DNA of 64,000 nucleotides, from positions 372,001-436,000 of the forward strand of contig MU057801.1 of NCBI GenBank assembly GCA_013265495.1, given 5' to 3'. The notes under the pieces were generated by a model. That model did no database searches, was not told the origin of the DNA, and saw only the letters and a program-made list of their open reading frames with translations. The DNA comes from Vicugna vicugna (lineage: Eukaryota). Below are positions 13,344-25,912 of this stretch, in pieces; within the stretch, counting starts at the first letter, position 1; every line of letters begins with the position of its first letter. The position numbers were made by a program, and so were the translations under genes.

Positions 13344-14879
13344 GGAATCTTCTTTTTTCAGCTGAGATTCAAGCTCCCACTGGTTGCCCGGAATCACATG
13401 AAGAATGAAAAGGAATTAAAGGCATCATAGTTCTTTAAAGAATCCTTCATGGGTAGTGTTGCTAATAATTTTGCAGAGGCCAAATTCATGCCTCATTCTC
13501 TTCCCAGACCTTTCCTGAGTGCCCGGAGTGTGCCTGGGGCAGCGGCAGGAGTGCCGCGGTGAGCCCAGCCCAGCCTCGGCCCCACGTTGCACCGTTTTCA
13601 GTGTGCCCGTCCCCATGACAGGAGAGACAGCCTGAAAGGGTCCTGGAGTCATCGTCACTCTTAGCAGGAGACAGAGACAGAACAGTGTGCATTTTCCCCA
13701 AGGGCTGGAGCTGCAGAAACCGTTAGTAACGAGCTCCCCTTTCCCTGACAAAGAGAAAGTTAAGAAAATCCTTCATAAAACGAGGCTTAAAACCGCGGCA
13801 CTGTCTTGACAGCCCCGGCTCTGCTGGGACAGAGGTGACGGACTTCCTATCATGCTTTTGAGTCCTTTTAATGATTTTCGCAGAAAGGCTTTTCAGAGTT
13901 GCATGTTGGATCTGCGGAAGAGCTTTGCGACTTACCGGTCCTTGTTCACGCGTCCATATCTCCCTACTCTTTACTTATGTGGTAAATATTGCGGTACTTT
14001 GCCCCAAAGAGGTCAACTTATGAACTTTGACCTCTGAAACTGACACTGATATTTATAGCGCTGTCAACTGGTCATTATTTACTTTGGTCAAATTGGGGAA
14101 CGGGGCTTCTGAAAAAGAAGAGAGAGAATGGAAAATCATAGGGAGGAAAAAATTGCATTTATAAAGCAAAAATAGGCTTATTAAGAATTTCAGAAATCCT
14201 TCTCCTAATGGCGCTGACTCTCCATCTTCCATTTCCTTGCATGGACAGAGCTCCCTTTGAAGTCGTTGGCAGCTTTCTGTAAGGAAAACCATATCCACGC
14301 GGGTGTGGGGCTGAAAACGGAGTGCCTTGTTTTGCCCTTTTAAAATGTGTTTTTCGAAGATTTGCCTTTCATATTGCAGATGGGTGAGAGGATGTGCAAT
14401 TTTACCGCGTGTAACATCTTCGCCTGCAAAGCTCCAAGTATTGGTGGGCGTTTTTTAATGAATAGTTCCCATGTTTGCCTGCTGAGGAAGGCAGAGGTTT
14501 GTGTAATTTACTTCCATTTTACACCCGAGGAAACTGATATTTAAGGAAAAGAGGCTCAGAATTTCAACCAGTAGCAGAATTAAGGAAACAAGCCCAAACC
14601 TTGCCACTAGGCTACTGATGCCCGGTCCAGTGACCCTGGAGGCTGAACGTGACCCCCAGACGAAATGGTATTGTTAGACAAAGTTCACCACACATGTTGT
14701 TACGTCCCATTTCAGTGTGAATTGGGTTTACTGTGTGGGATCATTTGTATCTATTTGGACTGCTTTCTAGTTCAATGGACTGTTTATAATTTTAGAAACT
14801 TCTGATTTGAGATCTGTTGTTGAAATTGAGTTTCATAATGCTTTTGTTGTCATTCCAACTCATTTAAAAAAAACTGAGG

Positions 14880-14992
14880 GGGAGGGGGAGGTAAATTAGG
14901 CTTATTTATTTATTTTGGCAGAGGTACTGGAGACTGAACCCAGGGCCTCGTGCAGACTAAGCACACGCTTGACCACTGAGCTGCACCCTCCC
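14880..14992 (-). mobile_element. Camelid Vic-1-type tRNA-derived SINE
   Basis: Reverse complement is gggagggtgcagctcagtggtcaagcg...ctgggttcagtctccagtacctc with an (aaat)n tail, containing Pol III A/B boxes. Degenerate TSD tcattccaactcatt / tcattctaattcatt. Confidence 0.88.
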
Positions 14993-17369
14993 TCCTCATT
15001 CTAATTCATTCTAAGTGTACAACAGACACCAGACCAGAAGGGGAAACACAGAACTCAGGTCTGTGTATATCAGATAAAATATATTTTGACCGATCGTTTG
15101 TACACACGGGACAGTTAACAAGCATGCAGAAAACTCAGAACTCTGTGTTATAAGGTCTGTTGATAAATGTATGTGAATCACGGCATAAACTCACGTGAGG
15201 ATGCACGCCAGTATCATTTTTACTAAAAAGATCAAACCTAATCCGAAGTAGATCTAATTATGTCTAAATCATTTGTTTGGTCATTTAAGCAACTGAAAAA
15301 GAACCAAGAGAAATAATTTGAATCAGTAGAAATTATGTCAACGCCCTTATAGAAGGGCTCACGGAAGGCAAAGTCAGCATGTCGCATGTCTGTTTTCTCA
15401 CCATTTATCGAACGTCCAGCAGTGTTACGGAAGGACTTGTGCAGAAAAAAACCAAAAATAAACTAGAACAAAAGTGCCTCAGAAAACAAAGATGTAGCCC
15501 CTGATCTCAGAAAGCAAACTGTCTAGGTGGAGGGCGATGGACAGACCTGATGAATGAAGGGAACAGACCTCCTGGGCGGCTCACGCACTCACGTGTACAT
15601 GGTGTTCTGTTCCAGAAGCTCGTAGGAAACTGCAAATAAATAGGTCAAAACTTAAACATGTGCTCATTTCTATTCCTTATTTTCTCATCTCAACAGCCCC
15701 CTACCAGACTTCTATCATCATTTCCCTCCAGGTTCTGCATTTTCCCCCTTCCCCCCAAAGTTGTCTTTCTTTCCTCTCCTGTCTAAGGGATGGGACTTAA
15801 AGCTTGCGTTTCAAACTCACTGTGAGAGCCATAATCCATCTTAAGGAACATTTCTTTTAGCCCTAAAAGGTCAGCTTGTGCGTGATGCATGGTTTATTCC
15901 TTCTCGCTGGGGTACCTGTTGTTCTCTATATTTTAAAATCATCCTTTTGTCTAAAAAGGCTAACTTCATGTCATTAGGAAAATAGAATCATAAATGTCTC
16001 AAAAGGCCACGGAGGTAAGAATCTGCTTTCTCACCCATAGTATCGCTGGCACGGTATCTAGTTAAATAGCTTATAGAGACGCCTCTGATTTTTGGTAATT
16101 TACCATCACAAGGGATATTTAATTTCTGTCTATAAAATATGAGTCAATAGATATGGCTTTTATTTTTACTCTACTATTAAGGAAATAAAAAACAAAACCA
16201 AAAATCTAAAACAGGGCCTCCAGTGCCCGGGACATTTTTGGTAGGTGATCAGACCGAGTAGAGGGAAAGCTGGCTTGGCTTGGAGGGTCTTCCGTGTCTG
16301 TTTTTCTTGGCTGTGAAAACGCGTAGTTTGAAGGAACATGAAAGTGGACACATTCTGCTCTCCTCCCACGATGCCTCGCGCCTCCGGCTTCCGGGCAAAA
16401 CAAGCCCTTTGTGAAGCAGCAGAAGCAGTTTTCATTCGCAGTTATCACTGAAAGAGATTTCCAGGCTGGAAAGAATTTTTTTTCACGGTATTTAAAAACC
16501 ATCTATCCTAACAAAAGAAAAAAATAATGCAGCTTTTTCAGGTCACTTTTTCACACCTGACGATGAATCTGTTTTTAATTACAGCCTGGGCACAAAATTG
16601 GGTTCCTCGAGAATCACTGTGACGTCTGATCACCCTCCCGAGACGCCCACCGTCGTTGGTGCTGATGCTAACTCTTGACACCCGAGGCCACTTTGTGTAT
16701 TCAGCGGTTAGGAAGGTGATTTCTGAGGCCTGGCAGCTGTCGGTGTTGAAGCTATTGTGCGGAAAACAAAGGCCATTCTGTTCTGTTCCCCAGGCCTTTG
16801 TGTCGTTGATTCAGGAGCCGTTTTCGTAAATGGGGTTTAATTCTTTACCAGGGAATTTCATTACTGCCCGTGTTTCGATGTTAGCATATGCTTCAGGACA
16901 GCAGAGGCGAATGTCTGAGCACACTGCCTATGGCAGGAATCTTGGGTTCTGACCTCTGTGAGGATGCTTGCATCTTACGTCTGTTCATTAGACCTGCGAT
17001 TGGATGCCATCATCCCGCCACCTCGGCTTCCTGTCCTCTGAACTCTGCACCACCGGACCCAGTCTGCTGCCGCCACCCTTGCCTTGGGAATTAACCAGAA
17101 CACAGTACACAGTGGCACCCACGTGTACCAGTATTGACTATTTCCTCGCAGAATTTCTCATTGACCTGTCCAGGGAAATTCTCATGGGACAGATCAGAGT
17201 CATATTTATTTGAAGAAGAGATATTCACTCTTTCACCTAAACTAGATACATTCATTGTTGTCATTTAGAAAGTGATCAGTTTAGGAAGGTTTTAGTTGCA
17301 TGGAAAAGAAGCAAACCAGCCTAAACAATTGAGGGAACACAGTGGGCTGCATCTTTCTCCCCAGCTGTG

Positions 17370-17770
17370 CCTCCCCCACCCCCCGGGGCTGTGCCCTTGC
17401 TGTGTGCCTCTGAGGGTCCTCCCACTACAGGTGAGACTGCCTCCCCACCTCAGGGGTGTTGGGCTCAGCCATGTGACTTGCTTTGGCCAGGCTCAAGAAG
17501 TATTGCTTACTCTCACTTACCCTTGTTACACTGTTAAATTTGCCTTGAGAAGGACAGCCCCAACTCTCTCTCATCAAAAGAGATAAAAGCGATGTGAGGC
17601 CAGTCTGGAATCTGCAGGCTAGAGCCAAACCCAGATGAATCCAGCCGACATCAGCCTTCTTCCAGCTGACCCAGTGTTACATGAGTGAGAATAGATGGCA
17701 GTTTTTTCAAACCAATGCATTCGGGTTGGTTTGTTACACAGCACTGTTTTGGCAACAGCTGACTGATATT
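17370..17770 (+). mobile_element. MLT1-family LTR remnant
   Basis: Contains gccatgtgacttgctttggcca and ends ttgttacacagcactgttttggcaacagctgactgata. Confidence 0.65.
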
Positions 17771-18944
17771 TATTGCTCATGTAGCTGAAGAGTCCCAGGT
17801 AGCATGGGCTTCAGGTCAGGTTTGAAAAGAATTCCCGTTCTGTTGCATTGTGATTCACTTGGGGCTTCACTGCAGGATGGTTTCCCTCTTGGTGGCATGA
17901 TGACTGTACCATTTCAGGCTTCATATCTATACCTCATACCATCTGGAAAGCAAGAGGCTTTTCTTCTTAAACCATCACACAGAAGCCTGGGGCTTCACTC
18001 TGATTAGGCCAGCATATGTCACATGTCTATTATGGGCCAACGAGGGTAGGATTATGCGACTTGGTTTATGTCAATCAGAGTCCCCTCTGAAAGATGCAAG
18101 AGGGTTCTGTATTGTCCAGAATCCACCATGTGCCTCGTTAGAAGTGGGAGTGGGGGTGAAGCAGATGCCGAGAGGCACCAGCAATGCAAATTATGGAGAC
18201 AGTCTAAAACCTCCAAACTTTGTTTTGAATTTCTATTAATACATTATAATCAAGACGCTTTTCTAGCTCCATGTTACTGGGCTAGCTAGAGCTAGAGAGC
18301 GGGCATTTATCCTCTAGATTACACAGGTTGACCTGGTAAATGGCAAAGCACGTGGCCACAGCCATGCTGCTGTAGGCACTGGCGGGTAGCTGGTAGCTTA
18401 GTTTTCTATAGGACTTTGCCATCAGCCTGCTGGACTTCCAACTCCTAATATCTCAGGAGTTTAAGAAAATTAAAAATAAGTTTGATCTACTAGAATTTGA
18501 AGATCTCTGGCCTAGAGAATGAGTTAATGCTAATGGAATGAGAATTTAACCCAATGGGGTGCATTGGATGTCGCTCCACTGACTTCTGGGTTCCATTGCT
18601 TCTGATGAGAAGTCAGCTGTCAACCCTGTTATTGTCCAGGTATCACAGTAAACATCACATAAAAATGTGTTGAATTTATGAATTAAAAAAGAGAACCAAG
18701 GTCTTCTAACACAATCTAACATTCTTTCAAGAGCATCCCGACTACCTCTTTGTAAAACCTTCCTTTGTACCATTCATGCTCCCACTGAAGCCTCTGCAGG
18801 AAAGTGAACCAAACGAATCAATTCAGGTAATTTTTTCGAACCTGGACAATAAAATGATCTCCAGTTACTTTCTGTGCTTCTAAGAGTCCTCCGTGACCCT
18901 CAGTTATTCAAAAGACTGAACATCCCTTATTGTTCAATATGTTT

Positions 18945-19090
18945 TTGTCATTCAACATGTTTGTCATTTTACAAATATTTCTCCACACCTCCTGTGCACA
19001 AGGCACTGTGCTGAGTAGTGTGAGAAACGCAGAATTGGAGGTGAGTTAATACCTGGTGTCAGGCACCCAGCTCCTGAAATCTGATTGTTC
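18945..19090 (-). mobile_element. L2 3'-end remnant
   Basis: cattcaac...aaatatttctccacacctcctgtgcacaaggcactgtgctg is an antisense L2 terminus. Confidence 0.6.
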
Positions 19091-19484
19091 AGGGTTTCAG
19101 GGAGACCTTGTACAGAAGGGAAGATGGGGCCTATGATAAAACTATAGATTCTCAGGGAGCAGCTTGTCTGTCTTCTTGTGTCGTTACCTTATCATCTGTA
19201 GTCATAGGGGGCCTCAGCTCTATATGCACCATCTGTCAGCAAGAAGACAAAAATGATCTAAATCAAGAATTTGATGCGAACCAGCCTCGGTAGTATGTGT
19301 ATTTCCATATTCTTACCTGAGTTTTTTTAAAACTGCCTTCCCGTAAATTTCCTCAGGGCTGCGCACGGGCACCCTTCACTTTGATTTGCTGGTAATGTCC
19401 TGGCTACATAATCACCATTTTGGGAGTGCAGACTCAACTACGTTTTCCTCAAGTCCCTTTTTCTCTTTGTATTTTTTTTTCCAG

Positions 19485-19612
19485 GTGAGTTACGCCTTGA
19501 ACCATACAAACAGAAAACTAACGTTGGAACCGAAAATAACTATCAACGCCAAGATTGTCGTGGTCGGTGCGTCCAGCGTCGGAATTTCCTTCCTAGACAC
19601 ACTGGTGTTCTG
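19485..19612 (+). CDS. CFAP61: CFAP61 internal coding exon A (128 nt; [42 protein letters not shown] + TG)
   Basis: Long polypyrimidine tract ...ttttttttccag| acceptor and TG|gtgagt donor. The translation matches CFAP61 as I recall it ([42 protein letters not shown]). The phase-2 end joins the next exon to give TGC (Cys). Confidence 0.95.
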
Positions 19613-19751
19613 GTGAGTTGTTTTACTTTATTTATTCACTTGTCTTTAAAGGGTTCTGTCTCTTCCTACACCTGAGAGGACAGACCCGAGTTGTTTTGCT
19701 ATCGCACATACCTTGCCTATGTGGATAAATGAACCAGTGGAACATTCTAGA

Positions 19752-19955
19752 TCGGGGTTGGCCAACTATGGCCCCCAGGCCAAATCTGGCTTTCCACTTG
19801 CTTTAGTAAATCAAGCTTTATTGGCACACAGCCGTGCTCCTTTATTATGTGTTGTCTCTGTCCCCTTGATACAGAGGTGGACTTGAGCAGCTGGGGCAGA
19901 GACCGTGTGGCCTGCAGGCACTCTGACCCTTTCAGAAGAAGTTTTCCAGCCCCTG
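19752..19955. mobile_element. MER58-like hAT-Charlie DNA transposon relic
   Basis: ggggttggccaactatggcccccaggccaaatctggc...aagctttattggcacacagcc...ccagcccctg, with inverted termini. Confidence 0.75.
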
Positions 19956-19959
19956 CTCT

Positions 19960-20150
19960 ATACCTGTACTCCCCGTATTGAGCTGGATTGTGAGCATGGC
20001 TGAGAGCATTTGTCAAAGACGTAGATTCCCAGGCCGCACAGATGTACAGAATCAGAGACTCCCAGGCAAGGTCCTGGGATCCAGAGGATTTGGGAGCCGG
20101 GTCTGACTTCATGCGTCCCGAGTAGGCTTTCAGAAACAGCAGGTGGGACA
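19960..20150. mobile_element. MER5-like hAT-Charlie relic
   Basis: gtagattcccaggccgcac...agaatcagagact...tcagaaacagc. Confidence 0.5.
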
Positions 20151-20482
20151 GGACCTTTCTTTCAACCCCTGCATTTTGGGTGCCAGGGACCAGAGTAAGC
20201 CCCCAGGAAGCAGGTCTGTGCATCCCATTGATGTGCTTTCTGTTACCCTCAAAGCACTGCACAGTCTCCTTGAAGAGCCCATTTTCCTGACAGGTGCTTC
20301 CTGAGGACGGTCAGCTTCCCCAGGCAGCTTCCCTAGGGCTCCGCGAACTCCAGCCCCTCTTTCCCGGGAGGGGCCCTGGGGCGCTGTCCAAGAGCTTGGG
20401 CTCGCCGCCTGGCAGCGCCACCACCAACTCAGAACCCTCAGTGTGCACCTGGCTTCTCTCAGACCCAGTTTCCTCATTCATT

Positions 20483-20622
20483 TTTTTTCCATTTTTTGGG
20501 GGGGGATATAATTAGGTTTATTTATTTATAATTATTATTTAAATGGAGGTGCTGGGGATTGAACCCAGGACCTTGTGCATGCTAAGCATGTGCCCCACCA
20601 GTGAGCTATACCCGAGCCCCCC
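20483..20622 (-). mobile_element. Camelid Vic-1-type SINE with TSD
   Basis: attaggtttatttattt...ggaggtgctggggattgaacccaggaccttgtgcatgctaagcatg...gagctatacc. TSD tttcctcattcatt (20469-20482) / tttcctaattcatt (20624-20637). Confidence 0.92.
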
Positions 20623-20660
20623 ATTTCCTAATTCATTGTTTAAAAAGTGTCATAGATGTT

Positions 20661-21585
20661 TTTTAAATTTTATTTTTATTTATTTTTTCATTGAGATATA
20701 AATTGATTTACAATGTTATACATGTTTCAGGTGTACAACATAGTAATTCACAATTTTTAAAGGTTATAGTCCATTATGGTTATTTTAAAATATTGGCTGC
20801 ATTTCCCGTGCCATATAATATATATATCTTTGTACCTTATTTATTTTTTTTAATTTTTTTTATTGTAGTTGATTTACAAAGTTAGTTTCAGATGTACAGC
20901 AAAGCAATTCAGTTATCCATAGACATACATATACACACACATATTTTCATATTCTTATAAGTTATTACAAGAAATTGAATATAGATCCCTGTGCTATATT
21001 GTAGGTTCTTGTTTTTTATCTGTTTTGTATATAGTATTGCATATCTGTTAATCCCAAACTCCTTATTTATTCCTCCTCACCCTTTCTCCATTGGTTATCA
21101 TAGTTTGTTTTCTATGTCTGTCAATTTCTGATTTGTAAATAAAATTTGTATCATTTTTTAGATTCCACATATAAGTGATATGTATTTGTCTTTCTCTGTC
21201 TGACTTACTTCACTTAATATGATAATCTCTAAGTCCATCCATGTTGCTGCAAATGGCATTATTTTATTCTTTTTATGGCTGAGTAGTATTCCATTGTATA
21301 AAGATACCACAACTTCTTTATCCAGTCATCTGTCAGTGGACATTTAGGTTGTTTCCATGTCTTGGCTGCTGTAAACAGGGCTGCTGTGAACACTGGGGTG
21401 CAGGTGTCTTTTCAAATTATAGTTTTCTCCGGATACAAGCCCAGGATTGTATGGTAACTGGACTTTTAGTTTTTTAAGAAACCTTCATACTGCCCTCCAT
21501 GGCGGCTGCACCAAATTACATCCCCACCAACAGTATAGGAAGGTCCCTTTTTCTGCATACCCTCTCCAGCATTTATTATTTGTAT
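20661..21585 (-). mobile_element. Composite of two tandem L1 3' ends
   Basis: Two poly-T/L1 terminus blocks at about 20661-20840 and 20842-21585. Outer near-direct repeat tcatag(a/g)tgttttt at 20650 and 21597. Confidence 0.85.
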
Positions 21586-22548
21586 AAAAGTTCTTTTCAT
21601 AGGTGTTTTAAAAGACGCTGGCTTTGGGGAACCACAGACTCCTAAATTAGGAGAATGCAGTTTTCTCTGGATCTTTTTGCTCAGGATCACATGAGAAACT
21701 TTAGCTACCGTTCAAAACTGTAGCTACTAACAGGTGAGTGGAAGATGGGGAAAAGCATCCCCACGTGACTCCTCCAGAAGGCGTCGAAGTGTGAGGGGTC
21801 AGGCAAGACAAGGGCTTGTCCCTGGGGGATATGGAGATGCGCTAACTCCAGGTGGTCATTTTGCTTGTTTGACGTCACATTTAACCAGATGAAGATTTTT
21901 TCACTTTCCAGCCAATTTGTTCAACTCTCCTCAGTTAACCAGAAATAAGTCCCATGTCATCATTGAAATCAGCACTGAGTTCACATGCTTTAAATTTTGC
22001 GATCAGTCTTCAGCAGTCTTTCATTGCAAGAAAGGAGTAATGTGAAGCAGCCAGGAACATCTATTTTTCTGCGCAGGCTGCGCTGTAGTCGGAGGACGTC
22101 CTTCGTCCTGACGGGTCTCTTCACCTGCGACTCTGAACGGCGCGCTGTGTGCAGCTGTTTCTGAGCGATGAACGATCTGGCTGGAGCTGTGAAATCACAG
22201 CAGTCAAGGAGTTATCATAAACAGGTCTTACGTCTTAATTTAGCTACATACCTAGTCATTATGTCTTATTTGAAACGATTCCATTAAGATATACACATAT
22301 AATTTTCTTTTTTGTGGAATCAACTTAGATTTAATAAAAGCAAGTATAAATTTTGATATAAGTACTTGGTTGATTAAATTTCTCAATCAGACAGACCTTT
22401 TTAAAGCATTTTAAAGTACCCATAATTCTCTATCATTGTCACACAGATTACATACACTAAAAATAGACCGCTGTCAGTTTACAGATCTCTAATCCTTAAG
22501 AGAGGAAATCGTTTTCTCATTATTTTCTCTCATTATTTCAAATTAGCA

Positions 22549-22562
22549 ATCTCCATAGTAAC
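22549..22562. promoter_or_regulatory. RFX X-box candidate
   Basis: ATCTCCATAGTAAC, identical to the 14-mer at 3475-3488. Confidence 0.4.
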
Positions 22563-24719
22563 CCGCTGCATATTTTACTTTACCAGTTTTGCTGCCGTTT
22601 GAGCTAGATTTTATAAATGATTTGAGCTCGAATGAAATTGAAGAAATGCAGTTTTCACCAAACACGGGCCCCCAGTGAGGATCAAATCCACATTTTGGAG
22701 GCAAGATTTAGGGAAATCACCCTCCTTGTGCGCCTGCACGGCATTAGTAAGCTCAGCTGGGGCACCCTGGCTCCTGGAAAATTCATCTGAGGCCCAGGAC
22801 AGCAACCCCTTTTACCAGCATATCTGGTAATCGTGTCATCCAGTGATAAATCAGACGCAAGTCTTTATTCTTACGTTATTACATGCCAAAAAAATTACAG
22901 AGCACCTTAGGTCTCCTCTTCAAAGGCACCAAAACAGTCCATGCATAAGCCCTTTCCCCTTGTCACACTCTCCCTGCCCCAGGAGCCAAGGTGCCCCTGG
23001 GGGCGTTGACGTGATTTGCCCAGAGTAGGCGCCACGTGCGGAGGGACTGTTGACGGGATGTTTTGGGGTTTTTTAGTGCAACCTGCTGTCTGGTCCTCAG
23101 CCGCTCCCTGGCCACAGCTGCCCCTGTGGGGACACACCTTCTTGTCTGGTCATCGGGGCTGTGGGTCACCCAGCGTCTTCTCGTCCCTACGAGAGCAAGG
23201 CTTCCTGGGCCCTCCAGTGCCTGGCAACATGGTGACAGGCGTATTCTAGGGACACACACCAGCCACCCTTGTGGTTCTCCCCGTCCTCCTGGCCCTGGTG
23301 AGTCCTCCAGGACTGGGCTGAGGGGCCCTTGGACTTTCTGCAGGCCCTCCCGAGGCCCCTGGCAAGCTGACACAGGAGGGCAAGGGTGCCGGGGACGCAG
23401 GGGTGGATGCAGGGCGGAGGTGAGGCTCAGCTGGTTTGTCCCCACACCCAGGTCTTGAGCGTTTGTCTTCTGAGGGTGCTGTGCCCAAGCCACTCCTCAG
23501 GGAGTGGAGGAGGGAGCGGGTCCAGGCCCCTGCCCTGTGGGCACACCCGCCCTGGCCTTCTTTCCTCATCACCTGCCTTGCGGGGGTGCGCACCCCCACG
23601 GTGGGGAGCAGAAGCTGGGCAGGGGAAGGACAGTGGCACAAGAACCAGGGTGGGGGAGCTCCCTTGGGGTAGGGGCGTGGAGGAGGCAACCCCCACTCTT
23701 GCTATGGAATAGAGGGCAGTGAATGGCAGGGAAAAGGCAACACTTAAGACGCTTTGCTGTGAATTGTCTGTGTTTCTCATCATGCCCAAGGCATCAGGTG
23801 GCAGATCTGAACTATTTAAAAATTGCGGTTCTCACGATTGATAGGTTGGTTGTTGGGCTGCCTGGCTCTCTGGGACAGAAAGGTGTTGACTTGGACAGTG
23901 GTGGTTCATGTACATATTCTTTTTGGTATTTCTATTAATAAGACTTCTTTAAAACCCCAAACACTGGTTTTTGGCGGAAAGATCTTGGCCCCCTCTGCTG
24001 TGGTCCCCCCACCCCCCCGCTGAGGTGCCCTCACAGTAGGAGCCCCACCAACCATACCACACGTCTAAAGGAGACCTGGATCGACAGCCAGGAGGGGAAC
24101 CTGTCTCATCCGTCAAGTATGTGCCGTTTCCTGCAGGAGAGCTTTGCAGTGAAGCTGGAAAGCTCTTTCCAGAAAGCAAGGGGCCTCCTTCCACGTAGCT
24201 CAGCGGGTCATGTTTGTACCAGTTGCTCTGCACACCCACCGTAGCCCTGCTGAGCTCCCCAAATGGAATGCTTGGACTATGTCAGGCTTTCTATAAAGAA
24301 ATACGGAAATGCTACACCAAGAAAGGGCCAGGAACTGGATCTATGAACCTGTCTTGGGTTTTCTGTCCTCTTTACTCAAAAGTTGGGTCCGGACTCCAGC
24401 AGGACCAGAGTCGCCTGGAAGCTTGTTAGAAATGCAGGATGTCAGGCCCCGCCCCAGTCAGCGTCCTAAATAGACACTGTAGACACTCTATTTTTCTTTA
24501 TTTTATTTTGTTTATTTTAAATAGAATAGCTTCTTTCCTGTCTCTTGGGCATCAGCTCATGGAGCTGAAGCTGCTACCGTTTTATTCTGTTTCGAATGGT
24601 GTGTCTCTACACTTCCGTGTGTTGCGTCATCACTCCGAATTATGGAGCAGCTCCTTTTAATCCATCACTTTAAAATCTTTCCTAATTCGATTCCGATGTA
24701 AAGAATCTCTTGAAGAGCC

Positions 24720-25060
24720 TGTAAGCGCGTCCCGGGATGGACGACAGTGTCCGCGCGCAGCCCCGGGCGGTGTCCCCACGGCCCCGGTTAGGAGGCGACG
24801 ATGCGCTTCGTGCGCGGAGAGCGCGGCGGGCGGTGCCGGCCTCCCCCGGCCTCCGCTTCCACCGCGGGAAGTTTTCTCAAGACAGCCACCAGGTCGCGGA
24901 TCCCTCATCCGGTGGGCGTGTTGAGGAGCGAGCAGGGCACGTCTGTGTGCGAGGCTGCAGCTGCGGCCGGACGACCGTGACTCGTGCCACCGGCCGCGCA
25001 GGACCACGGCCCCCGGCGCAGCTGCCAGGCCTGGCGGCGGCAGCCGGGCGCTGGCGGCTT
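24720..25060. other. Small intronic CpG-rich island
   Basis: Very high GC and CpG density by eye (cgcgcgcagccccgggcgg..., gcgcggcgggcgg). Confidence 0.6.
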
Positions 25061-25590
25061 AATTAGGCTTTTTATCTTTACGCTGGTCCGAGGACATCTG
25101 AAGCCTTCAGTGTGGCCTGTCACTAATTAGGTGACTAATTAAATAGTCCTCGCTTCCTTGCTGATCTCAGAGCTAACCCCCCACGAGCAGGTTGGTGGCT
25201 GTCACTGCTGCGCACTGTCGGGCTCTGCCCATGGACTGATGGGCGTGCTCTCTCGCCCGCTGCCCGTTTGGTACCAGGGAGAGGCAGGGTGGCGACCAGG
25301 CGCATGGCACGTGCCTCCGGAGCCGGAGGAGAGCCACGGAGGGGGGGTGGTCACATCGCACCATACTGTCACGTTGGCATCACCATGGGGCCTGTCGGGG
25401 CTGATGCAGGGGCCCCTCTGATGGCCTGGGGGGCCAGGGGAGTGGGGACAGTTTTGTGTCAGGCTCAGTGCCCCAGCCTCCCCAGGCAGAAGGACCTGAA
25501 ATTCTGCCTCCAAAAAATACTGCCCGAAACTCTGCCTGATGTTGCTGATCATTGTCCGGTTTCCTAATCTGATTCCAATATTTAAATGTA

Positions 25591-25912
25591 CAGGCAGACT
25601 TTCTTTTATTGCATTTTGCGGATAATGCCTTTAAAAAAATTTTTTTTTTTTTTACAAACTGAAGGTTGTGATCACCCTTTGCTGTCAGATGATGGTTAGC
25701 ATTTTTTAGGAAAAAAGGTATTTTTTAGTCAATGCGTGTACGTTGTTCGTTTAAACATAACGCTATTGCGCACTGAATAGACTACAGTGTAGCTTAAACA
25801 TAACTTTTGTATGCCCCGGGAAACCCAAAAAACTCCCGTGACTCACTTCATCGCAATATGTGCTTTATTGTGCATCTGGGACCGAACCTGCAGCGTCTCC
25901 CGGTGTGCCCGT
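25591..25912 (+). mobile_element. Tigger1-derived non-autonomous TcMar element
   Basis: ta|caggcagact...ttttattgc...acaaactgaaggttgtg...gctattgcgcactgaatagactacagtg...gaacctgcagcgtctcccggtgtgccc. Tigger1 ends with an internal deletion. Confidence 0.78.
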
